Assembly (NCBI GenBank): GCA_001304425.1
Contig: LJTS01000001.1
Location: 1-33,740 of the forward strand
DNA length: 33,740 bases
Direction of reading: 5' to 3'
Source: Betaproteobacteria bacterium SG8_40
Lineage (GTDB): Bacteria > Pseudomonadota > Gammaproteobacteria > Burkholderiales > Eutrophovitaceae
Under the pieces are notes generated by a model that was not told the origin of the DNA, made no database searches, and was given only the letters and a program-made list of their open reading frames with translations. Positions 1-7,750 of this stretch are shown here, piece by piece. Positions within the stretch are counted from its first letter, which is position 1. The number at the start of each line of letters is the position of its first letter. The position numbers were made by a program, and so were the translations under genes.

Positions 1-131
1 GGTTACGGTTGCAGCCCCTTTGTCACTTGAAGCATGGCCGTGAGCCCAGGGTCTCCGGCAAACAGCGGTTTGCGATCGTCGCGACTTGAACTATCTCGCG
101 GTTTCGAATGTGGCAAGGCAGGGGGGGCATC

Positions 132-470
132 ATGAAACATCTGTGTGTGGTGCTTACCGAACCGACGCAAGGCAAGGCGGCAGAGTTTGACAGCTACTAC
201 GAGAACGTTCATCTGGACGAAGTGCTTGCCACTACCGGTTGGGAGTCTGCGCAGCGGTTTGTATTGACCGACCAGAACGGGCAGAAATACCCGCTGCCGT
301 ATCTGGCGCTTTACGAGATCGAAGCGCCGGCCCCCAGCGTTGTCATCCGGAAGATGAACGATACGCGTGCGAAGCGCCCGCAAAGCGAATCGTTGAACCG
401 GCGACCGGCGGCGGTCTGGGTGTTCAGTGCAACCGGTCCGAAACACCGGCGAAAAGCCGATCCGGGATGA
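132..470 (+). CDS. small ferredoxin-like (EthD/Dabb-type) barrel protein, function unknown
   Basis: ORF track 108..470. I prefer the ATG at 132 (MKHLCVVLTEP...), 4 nt after a G7 SD-like run (121-127). The N-terminal pattern xEFDxYYxNVHLDEVL resembles EthD-like small barrel proteins; this is from memory, not searched. Confidence 0.5.
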   Translation: MKHLCVVLTEPTQGKAAEFDSYYENVHLDEVLATTGWESAQRFVLTDQNGQKYPLPYLALYEIEAPAPSVVIRKMNDTRAKRPQSESLNRRPAAVWVFSATGPKHRRKADPG

Positions 471-544
471 GCACAGGCCACCCGCCAGGGCAGCCTCAGG
501 GTGCCGTGAGGGCGCGCCGGCAACATTGACGGGAAAGGAATCCA

Positions 545-1303
545 ATGCTTGAAGGTCGTCGCAGAGTCGTTACTGGTCAGAATGCGTTCGGAAAGTCGAT
601 CGTTGTCATCGACGGGCCGCCGGCAAGGATCTTCGGCGACGATTCCGCGGGTCTTGCCGCAATCTGGAATACCGGTAGTGAGCCTGTCAATACGATGGAC
701 GCGGCGGACTGGGCGGATATTGACGTCGTGTTGTCGACGGTTGCGAACGGCTCCAGGTTCCGCTTTTTCGGCATTGCGCCGGGAGACCCGTCGGTTTCCG
801 GTACGCAGCGCGCAGCGCACATTGCCCGACGGTTTGCAGCCATGGGGGCGGCGCATGAACGCGTCGACACCAGCCGGCATCCGGCGATGCATCAGACGAA
901 AACCGTGGACTACATCATCCTGCTCTCTGGTGAAGTGACGTTGTTGCTTGACGAAGACGGGCGTGATCTCAAGCCATTCGATGTCGTCGTGCAGCGTGGA
1001 ACGAACCACGCCCGGATCAACAAGGGAAAGGAGCCCGCCTTGCTGGTGGCGGTCCTGATTGACGTCACGCTGGCCAACGCTGGCATCGATTGGCGCGGCT
1101 TGCAGTGCCGGCCAACAGGGCAGGCAAAGGGGCGGACCAAGCGCCACGCCTTGTCTTGCGGCCCGCGCCAATCCATTGACATATGCGCCCTTCAGAACAT
1201 AATTTGGTCTGATTTCAGTCATCACACCCTGGAGAAGAGCGCATGCCGAAACAATTCATCAATCCGCCCGGTCTCAAGCCGCTTGGCATGTACACGACGG
1301 TGA
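545..1303 (+). CDS. cupin domain protein with an odd ~70-aa C-terminal tail
   Basis: The core HQTKTVDYIILLSGEVTLLLDEDGRDLKPFDVVVQRGTNHARINKGKEPALLVAVLIDV looks like a cupin beta-barrel. The remaining tail is compositionally junk-like, runs over a promoter-like site and overlaps the next gene by 61 nt. Confidence 0.6.
   Translation: MLEGRRRVVTGQNAFGKSIVVIDGPPARIFGDDSAGLAAIWNTGSEPVNTMDAADWADIDVVLSTVANGSRFRFFGIAPGDPSVSGTQRAAHIARRFAAMGAAHERVDTSRHPAMHQTKTVDYIILLSGEVTLLLDEDGRDLKPFDVVVQRGTNHARINKGKEPALLVAVLIDVTLANAGIDWRGLQCRPTGQAKGRTKRHALSCGPRQSIDICALQNIIWSDFSHHTLEKSACRNNSSIRPVSSRLACTRR
1176..1203 (+). promoter_or_regulatory. sigma70-like promoter for the RidA gene
   Basis: TTGACA (1176-1181), 16-nt spacer, CATAAT (1198-1203). 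It lies about 40 nt upstream of the ATG at 1243, which has a GGAGAA SD. Confidence 0.45.
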
Positions 1304-1641
1304 CCATTGCGCAAGGCGGCAGCATTGCGTTCATCAGCGGGCAGGTAGCGGTCGATGGCAGTGGCAAGCCTGTCGGTGCCGGTGATATCGAAGCGCAGGC
1401 GGTGCAGGTGTTCGAGAACCTGAAGTGCGCCCTTGGTGCGATCGGGGCCACGTTCGAGGACGTGATCAAGTTCACGATTTACATCGTCGGTCTTACACAG
1501 GAGCGGCGCAAGGCGGTGATGGACGTGCGGGCACGATACATTTCGCGCGAGAATCCGCCCGCGGCAACCATGGTGGGCATCGATCAGCTCGTGGAGCCGG
1601 AGCTGCTCGTCGAAGTGGAAGCCGTCGTGGCCATTGACTGA
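1243..1641 (+). CDS. RidA/YjgF/endoribonuclease L-PSP family protein
   Basis: 132 aa with typical RidA layout: GxYxxxxxxxGxxxFISGQV near the N-terminus, IKFTIYI in the middle, and EVEAVVA at the C-terminus. Confidence 0.9.
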   Translation: MPKQFINPPGLKPLGMYTTVTIAQGGSIAFISGQVAVDGSGKPVGAGDIEAQAVQVFENLKCALGAIGATFEDVIKFTIYIVGLTQERRKAVMDVRARYISRENPPAATMVGIDQLVEPELLVEVEAVVAID

Positions 1642-1776
1642 TCCCGGGTTTTGCGGCATTGCTGCTGGCCGGGGTTTGAAGCGGTTTTCCAGGTGTCGCT
1701 CCGTGGCGCGGGAAACCGGCTTTCACACCTCCGGGTAAAGTGTCGAGCACAACAACATGAGACCAGTGACAGGCAG

Positions 1777-2931
1777 ATGACATCAAACGTACTGATCCCG
1801 GCCGCCGAACATGCGACTGCCATGTCCGGATATTCAGAGCACGGAATGCGGCGAGCGCTTGCGTTGGGCAACCGCGGACCGATCCGCCTGAGCGCGAACG
1901 GCAAGCTTCATGAAGACATTCTCGACGCTTACCGCGAGCACGGCTTCTACGTTTTCGAAGGGGTGGTGGGCGCACAGGAGCTTGCCGAACTGCGTGCCGA
2001 CATAGACCGTGTTCTGGACCTTGCGCCGGCCGCGCCAGGTTCGGAAGTCGATGCAAAAGGCCGGCCGGCGCTGGGGCGCGACTTCGCGCGCCCATCGTAC
2101 CGGTTCGCCAGGCCGTTGAGCGATCCTCTCGGAGGAACGTCGCTGAACAAGGGCCGTCATCCGGTGAAAATGCATGAAGCGATTGCGCCGGCAGGGGCCC
2201 CCGCGTTCACGATCGAGAATCTCTATGGCAACCTGCAACTGATGGATTCGGCGCTTCGACTATATGGCCACCCGGGCCTGCTGGTGGTTGCCGAAGGCGT
2301 GCTGGGGCCGGACTTCGTGCCATACAACGAGGTGACTTTCATCAAGGAACCGGGGCTCGGTCCCTCGGTTGCATGGCATCGCGACGGAACGACGCACTGG
2401 AACGCCCCGGACTGGAATCATGATGCGCATGGCTTCAATTTCATGACCCAGCTCTACCCGAGTACTGCCGGAAACGGTGTCTGGGTGTTGCCGGGCAGTC
2501 ACAAGTTGCGCACTGCGGATATTCCGAAGATGGTCCGTGACGCCGGCTCGGAGCGCATTTTCGGGGCGGTGCCCCTGTTGTGCGAGGCGGGCGATACCTT
2601 CATGGTCAACCGCCAGATGGTGCATGGGTCGTTCGCCAATTCCTCGCCGGACCGGCGCGTCACGCTGAACATGGGTTTTTTCCCGCGCAACCGTGTGCTC
2701 GGCGTGACCGCCACCAACCTCGACGGCATTGAGTCGACGTACGATGCCGGGAGAATTCACCAGCGTTCCCGGATGGTTGCCGTTGGCATCGATGCCCGCC
2801 GCCGGCGTTTTCCGCATGAAACACCGTATCGGTACCAGCCACTGGCGGGCGAAGAAGACAGCAACCGCTGGAACGAAGAGACGCGGCGCGGGCTCGTCAA
2901 GAACTACAATCTGCTCGATATGTACATCTAG
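1777..2931 (+). CDS. phytanoyl-CoA dioxygenase (PhyH) family Fe(II)/2-oxoglutarate oxygenase
   Basis: ORF 1651..2931; the ATG at 1777 (MTSNVLIP) is preferred. HxD in AWHRDGTTHW and a distal His in MVHGSFANSS fit the PhyH facial triad. Confidence 0.8.
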   Translation: MTSNVLIPAAEHATAMSGYSEHGMRRALALGNRGPIRLSANGKLHEDILDAYREHGFYVFEGVVGAQELAELRADIDRVLDLAPAAPGSEVDAKGRPALGRDFARPSYRFARPLSDPLGGTSLNKGRHPVKMHEAIAPAGAPAFTIENLYGNLQLMDSALRLYGHPGLLVVAEGVLGPDFVPYNEVTFIKEPGLGPSVAWHRDGTTHWNAPDWNHDAHGFNFMTQLYPSTAGNGVWVLPGSHKLRTADIPKMVRDAGSERIFGAVPLLCEAGDTFMVNRQMVHGSFANSSPDRRVTLNMGFFPRNRVLGVTATNLDGIESTYDAGRIHQRSRMVAVGIDARRRRFPHETPYRYQPLAGEEDSNRWNEETRRGLVKNYNLLDMYI

Positions 2932-2987
2932 CGCCGCAAACGCGGATGGCACGGGCTTTTTGCAGCTGATTACGGCCAACTTTCCAT

Positions 2988-4016
2988 GTGCATCGACTTA
3001 TGGCAATGATTCCAACCTCGCTTGCCACGATTGGCCAGATCATCTCGCGTCTGTTCGAGATGCACGGACTCGATGCTCCGGCGATGTTCCGGCAGCATGG
3101 TGTAGATCCGGCGTTGCTCGCGAACTCGGACGCGAGAATCCCGGCGCACACCTGGGAATTGCTCGCGCGCGATGCCGCCGGGAAGATTCCGAATCCGGCA
3201 TTCGGATTGCTCGCGGCCCGTTGCTGGCATCCTTCCAATCTCGGGGCACTCGGCTATGCATGGCTCTCGAGTTCGACGTTGCGAACCGGGCTCGGACGGC
3301 TGGAACGCTATTGGCATCTGCTTGGGGAAGCGTCTTCAGCCGCGTTGGAGGAGGATTCCTCCGGGGTCAAGCTTTCCGTAACCGGGCGGGAGATGAATCC
3401 CGCGGCGAAAGCCATCCTGACGGATATCACCATGTCGGTTCTGGTCGATATGTGCAGGATGAACGCGGGTTCTTCATTGCGGCCGGTCGCGGTTCACCTG
3501 AAACGTGAGCGGCCCACAGGCGGCGAGGTCTACCGGCGCCATTACGGATGTGCGGTCCAGTTCGACGCCGACGAAGACAGTTTCACGCTGTCCCCACGGG
3601 ACGCGCATCGACAGTTGCCTACATCGAATCGCCAGATCGCAGCGAACCTCGACCAGATCCTGGCGAAACGCCTGGCACACCTCGACAAGCGCAACGTGGT
3701 GGCGCGTTGCCAGGCGAATCTGTTCGATCAGCTCATTTCGGGCGAAGTCTCCGAAGACGCGATGGCGGAGCAGTTGCACATGAGCCGTCGAACCTTGCAG
3801 CGCAAGCTCGCCGAAGCGGACCTGACGTTTCAGAAACTGGTCGACGATACACGGCGCGATCTTGCCATGCGCCATCTCGACGACCCGAGGCACTCCATCA
3901 CCGACGTAACCTTTCTGCTGGGGTTCTCACAGCAAAGCGCCTTCACGCGCGCGTTCAAACGGTGGACGGGTATGTCACCCACCGAGTATCGCGCACAGCG
4001 TTCCGTTACCGCCTGA
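2988..4016 (+). CDS. AraC family transcriptional regulator (N-terminal AraC-type ligand-binding-like domain plus C-terminal HTH)
   Basis: The C-terminal signature SITDVTFLLGFSQQSAFTRAFKRWTGMSPTEYR is a classic AraC HTH. GTG start at 2988; alternative ATGs at 3000 and 3006. Confidence 0.9.
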   Translation: MHRLMAMIPTSLATIGQIISRLFEMHGLDAPAMFRQHGVDPALLANSDARIPAHTWELLARDAAGKIPNPAFGLLAARCWHPSNLGALGYAWLSSSTLRTGLGRLERYWHLLGEASSAALEEDSSGVKLSVTGREMNPAAKAILTDITMSVLVDMCRMNAGSSLRPVAVHLKRERPTGGEVYRRHYGCAVQFDADEDSFTLSPRDAHRQLPTSNRQIAANLDQILAKRLAHLDKRNVVARCQANLFDQLISGEVSEDAMAEQLHMSRRTLQRKLAEADLTFQKLVDDTRRDLAMRHLDDPRHSITDVTFLLGFSQQSAFTRAFKRWTGMSPTEYRAQRSVTA

Positions 4017-4224
4017 GCGCCGTCCCAGCGGCCCCGAGGGGTTTTCCCGGTTGCGGGAAAGCCTTTCGAACCTGTCCATAGCCTTCTGTCGCAAGCGGAT
4101 AAGCGACTGACGCTCGCGGTCAAGCCCTTTCCTCGACGCCAACAGACACTTCAGTTGCGCGCCGGCTTGCTGATGCCGGTGCAGCGAGTGAACTGCTCCG
4201 AAGAGCGAAAGGAAAGGAAAGTCA

Positions 4225-4479
4225 ATGGATTACCGAATCTACAACGCATCCAGCGGGGAATACGAAAGCAGCGCCGAGGCGCATGTGCTGGCGCGTGCCT
4301 ACCGCGCCGCGTGGCGCGCCGTGCATGGCCTCGAGCCGGAAGGAGTCCATGAGATCGGCAGCCTCGGGCTGTTGATGCATTTCGGCGGCTGGGCGCCGGC
4401 ATGGACTGACGTGTCACATGAATGCGCAATCGCGCCGGAGTTCGCATACGCTGCTGCGGGAGGTCACGATGACAAGTGA
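4225..4479 (+). CDS. hypothetical protein (84 aa), first gene of a coupled orphan cassette
   Basis: SD GAAAGGAAAGGAAAG ends 4 nt before the ATG. Third-position GC bias is coding-like. No family recognised. Confidence 0.6.
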   Translation: MDYRIYNASSGEYESSAEAHVLARAYRAAWRAVHGLEPEGVHEIGSLGLLMHFGGWAPAWTDVSHECAIAPEFAYAAAGGHDDK

Positions 4480-4717
4480 TTTCTGGATTCGCATCCGTCG
4501 TTTATTTGTCAAACGCTCGCCGTCGCAATCAGTCGAGCACATCGTCGCGGGCTATCGCGCCGGCGTTCCACCGAAGAACCCCTTGCTCGCGTATTCGCGC
4601 GAACGTTTCGATCTGATGAGAGGCTGGGTGCGTGAGGATCAGGAAGCCGGTCTTTATGGCCTGGCCCACCGGCGGTTCGCGCGGCACCCGGCGCACCGCC
4701 GGACGCGGGGGCGATGA
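4469..4717 (+). CDS. hypothetical basic protein (82 aa)
   Basis: Internal ATG at 4469 of ORF 4418..4717, preceded by GGGAGG. It overlaps the previous gene by 11 nt. No family recognised. Confidence 0.5.
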   Translation: MTSDFWIRIRRLFVKRSPSQSVEHIVAGYRAGVPPKNPLLAYSRERFDLMRGWVREDQEAGLYGLAHRRFARHPAHRRTRGR

Positions 4718-5127
4718 TCATGCAGGTCATAACGCTAATGGGATGCGCCGTCGCGGGATACGCATTCGGAGGCGTGTGGGGGGCGGCCGGGTTGCTGCTG
4801 TTGTGGGCAGGTGTGTTGCTCGTCTGCGATCGGTTCGGGATGGGCAGTGCGACGAGTGTGTCGCAACCAGAGGTTGCGGCAGGCAAATCGGACTCTGCGG
4901 ACGTCGAAGCGATGGTTGACAGCCTCGAAGAAGTTGCCCGGGAGCGTAAATGGAGCCTCGAAAAACGCCTCGAGATAGCGCGAATGGCGTGCGAGAGTCC
5001 ATCGGTGCCGATCGAGAAAGTGGAAGACCTCTACGATCGGGGGCTGCGGGTCGTGCCGAACGACACCGGGCAGGAAGCTAACAGCGATCCGGAAGATCCC
5101 CGGCGGGGCTGGAAAATCGCGCCGTAA
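4714..5127 (+). CDS. hypothetical membrane protein (137 aa) with hydrophobic N-terminus and acidic soluble tail
   Basis: ATGA start/stop overlap with the previous gene (4714-4717). The N-terminus VITLMGCAVAGYAFGGVWGAAGLLLLWAGVLLVC is a predicted TM hairpin or helix. Confidence 0.6.
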   Translation: MIMQVITLMGCAVAGYAFGGVWGAAGLLLLWAGVLLVCDRFGMGSATSVSQPEVAAGKSDSADVEAMVDSLEEVARERKWSLEKRLEIARMACESPSVPIEKVEDLYDRGLRVVPNDTGQEANSDPEDPRRGWKIAP

Positions 5128-5341
5128 GCCGTGTTCCTGCGCTGGTCGCCAAACCGGCGACTTGACCTCGGGCCTGCGGCGGCACAACGGCAGTCGCTGC
5201 GAGCCGGTCGCGAACAAGGCGCTCGCGAGGGCTCGGCTTCGACGTCAACCAACTTGCCGTGCAGCACGTTGATGCATCGTAACCGGCTTGCCGCCATGCT
5301 GCGCGGCCAGCCATGAACCAACTCCGCTAAGGAATGAAGGT

Positions 5342-5731
5342 ATGTCAATGCGCATGTCGGTGTGGCTTGTAATCACCACCGTGCTCCTGGCAGGATCGAA
5401 TGCGGTCCTGGCAGAGTGCAAACTGGCCGACGTAGAAGTCAGTATCGCCGACGCGGTGTGGCACAACCGATGTTCAAAGAAGAACTGCGCGGAGTTGAAG
5501 GGAACGGCAAAGCTCGTATCCCGCTGCAACGAACCGGTGGCTGTGCTGGTGCGCCTCAGCGGCCTCGACGCAGACGGCGCCGTGGTCGAAAAACGCGAAT
5601 TGTGGCCTTATGCGATCAGCAATGTCACCGCGGGCGAGCATTCATTCTCGATCAGCAAGTGGCTGAAGTACGACGCCGCGATCAGAAAATTCAGCATTCA
5701 AGCGGTGGACGTGAAAACGCCGGATAGCTAG
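5342..5731 (+). CDS. small secreted protein with four cysteines, unknown function
   Basis: ATG at 5342 after AAGGAATGAAGG. Signal peptide MSMRMSVWLVITTVLLAGSNAVLA, then a mature part starting EC with four Cys. Confidence 0.65.
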   Translation: MSMRMSVWLVITTVLLAGSNAVLAECKLADVEVSIADAVWHNRCSKKNCAELKGTAKLVSRCNEPVAVLVRLSGLDADGAVVEKRELWPYAISNVTAGEHSFSISKWLKYDAAIRKFSIQAVDVKTPDS

Positions 5732-5812
5732 CCGCCTTGGCCCGCGCGCGGGTCGACGCCTTTGGCGCGGCCGTGCCACAATCGGGTGATCTTCAATGAG
5801 GGTCAACAGGCA

Positions 5813-6916
5813 ATGGCACTGAAACGCTCCAGGGCTCCCGCCGGCACGCTGGTCGAACTTGAACACACCTCGCGGATCCTGCGCGGCAATCCGTTACGCG
5901 ATCCGTATGTGCGCAAAGTGCGGGTGTGGCTGCCGCCGCAGTACGACGCCGCGCCAAAGCACCGTTTTCCCGTGCTCTACGATCTGGCGGGTTTTACCGG
6001 TTCCGGGCTGGCGCATACGAACTGGAAGCCGTTCAGCGAGAACGTGCCTGAGCGTGTGGCGCGGCTGATATACGAACAGAAAATGGGGCCGGCGATCGTG
6101 GTGTTTCCGGACTGCTTCACCGCACTGGGCGGCAACCAGTACGTGAACTCTTCGGCGATCGGCAACTATGCCGACTATTTGACGCGCGAGATCATCCCGT
6201 TCGTCGATAGCGAGTTTCGAACGCTGCCCGGCCGTAATCATCGCGGCTGCTTCGGAAAGTCATCCGGCGGCTACGGCGCCATTATTCACGGGATGAAGTA
6301 TGCGAAATACTGGGGCGCAATCGCCAATCATTCGGGCGATGCCTATTTCGACTTTATCTACCGGGCCGACTGGCCGAACACGCTCAATGAACTCGCGAAG
6401 TACCGTACGCCGAAGCGCAAGCCGGGGAAGCTCGACGTACGGGCGGCATCGGAGCGCAAGGGCATTGCGGACGGCGAGGATGACGGGCGCATAAAGCGAT
6501 TCCTGTCAGCGGTCTGGAAGCAACAGAAGCTCTCCATGGCGGAGGGGCATTGTTTGATGAATCTTTGCATGGCGGCGACCTATGACCCGGACCCGCGTGC
6601 GCCACTGGGATTCAGGGTGCCTTTCAACATGGAATCGGGGGAAATGATCGCCCGGCGCTGGGAGAAGTGGCGCAACCACGACCCGATCAATCTGGTCGCG
6701 AAGCACAGCGTCAACCTCAGGACGCTGCGTGGCATTTACATCGACTGCGGCTGGCGCGACCAGTATCAGATTCATTACGGTACGCGTATCCTGTCGAAAC
6801 GGCTGGCCGAGGCAGGGATTCGGCACTCCTATGAGGAGTTTGATGACACTCACTCCGACATCGATTACCGCATGGATGTCAGCTTGGCGTTTCTCTATCG
6901 GGCGCTGAAGGCCTGA
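5813..6916 (+). CDS. alpha/beta hydrolase, putative esterase family (enterochelin-esterase-like)
   Basis: ATG at 5813 (MALKRS). GKSSGGYGA nucleophile elbow (GxSxG) and the upstream PVLYDLAGFTGSG motif are typical of the Esterase (PF00756-like) family. Confidence 0.85.
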   Translation: MALKRSRAPAGTLVELEHTSRILRGNPLRDPYVRKVRVWLPPQYDAAPKHRFPVLYDLAGFTGSGLAHTNWKPFSENVPERVARLIYEQKMGPAIVVFPDCFTALGGNQYVNSSAIGNYADYLTREIIPFVDSEFRTLPGRNHRGCFGKSSGGYGAIIHGMKYAKYWGAIANHSGDAYFDFIYRADWPNTLNELAKYRTPKRKPGKLDVRAASERKGIADGEDDGRIKRFLSAVWKQQKLSMAEGHCLMNLCMAATYDPDPRAPLGFRVPFNMESGEMIARRWEKWRNHDPINLVAKHSVNLRTLRGIYIDCGWRDQYQIHYGTRILSKRLAEAGIRHSYEEFDDTHSDIDYRMDVSLAFLYRALKA

Positions 6917-7047
6917 CGATGGTCTCTTCTTCCGACTTGCGCATGGTTTGTGCATGAAAGAACGAACGTCGCGCCGGGTGCGGCAGCAGGCTTCAGGCGA
7001 GCATTGCGCCGGCAGGTCCAAACGTGTTCCGGCCAATGCATTCTTTC

Positions 7048-7073
7048 AACCGGTACCATCACGCCGGTTTTTT
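7048..7073 (+). terminator. weak intrinsic terminator candidate after the esterase gene
   Basis: AACCGG (7048-7053) pairs with CCGGTT (7064-7069) across a 10-nt loop, running into a T6 tract (7068-7073). The stem is short. Confidence 0.3.
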
Positions 7074-7121
7074 GCGCGTGTCGCGCGGCCCCTGAGGCTG
7101 CTTACTTGAAGAGGACTTGCC

Positions 7122-7718
7122 ATGGATATCTCGACGATGGTGTTTCTTGCAGTTGTGGTTGCGCTGGCGTTCTACGTCATCGGCATTTTCAATCGACTGG
7201 TCGCCCTCAAGAACAGGTTTCAGAACGCATTCGCACAGATCGAGGTGCAGCTGAAACGCCGCCACGACCTGATTCCCAACCTGGTCGAGACCGCGAAGGG
7301 CTATCTCAAGCACGAGAGAGAGACGCTGGAGTCGGTGATCGCCGCGCGTAATGCGGCGGCGAGCAGCCTGGCCGCCGCCGCTGCCGATCCGGGCAATGCG
7401 GCTGCCATGCAGTCGCTGGGTGGCGCCGAAGGCGCGCTGTCCGGTGCGCTTGGCAGGCTGAATGTGGTAATGGAGGCCTACCCCGACCTGAAAGCGAACC
7501 AGAACATGATGCAGGTCAGCGAAGAACTGATTTCGACTGAAAACAAGGTCGGGTTCGCGCGCCAGTCGTTCAACGACCAGGTCATGGCATACAACACCTA
7601 CAAGCAGAGTTTTCCGCAGAACATGCTTGCCGGAGCATTCGGTCACGGGCCTGACGCAAGTTTGCTCGAATTCGAAGACAGCGCGCAGATCCAGGCCGTA
7701 CCCAAGGTGTCGTTCTGA
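7122..7718 (+). CDS. lemA: LemA family protein
   Basis: N-terminal TM helix followed by NRLVALKNRFQNAFAQIEVQLKRRHDLIPNLVETAKGY, the hallmark LemA motif. Confidence 0.92.
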   Translation: MDISTMVFLAVVVALAFYVIGIFNRLVALKNRFQNAFAQIEVQLKRRHDLIPNLVETAKGYLKHERETLESVIAARNAAASSLAAAAADPGNAAAMQSLGGAEGALSGALGRLNVVMEAYPDLKANQNMMQVSEELISTENKVGFARQSFNDQVMAYNTYKQSFPQNMLAGAFGHGPDASLLEFEDSAQIQAVPKVSF

Positions 7719-7750
7719 TTCGTTCCACCTGACCATTTCCGATTCTTCCG

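Noticed and set aside
3-1225. Minus-strand ORFs 3-545 (180 aa) and 311-1225 (304 aa).
   Set aside because: They are antisense to the plus-strand barrel and cupin genes. Their composition is Arg/Pro-rich and there are no motifs. Such ORFs are typical high-GC shadow ORFs.
4043-4060. Hairpin TTTCCCG-GTTG-CGGGAAA just after the AraC gene.
   Set aside because: The 7-bp stem is real, but no T-tract follows it, so I cannot support calling it an intrinsic terminator.
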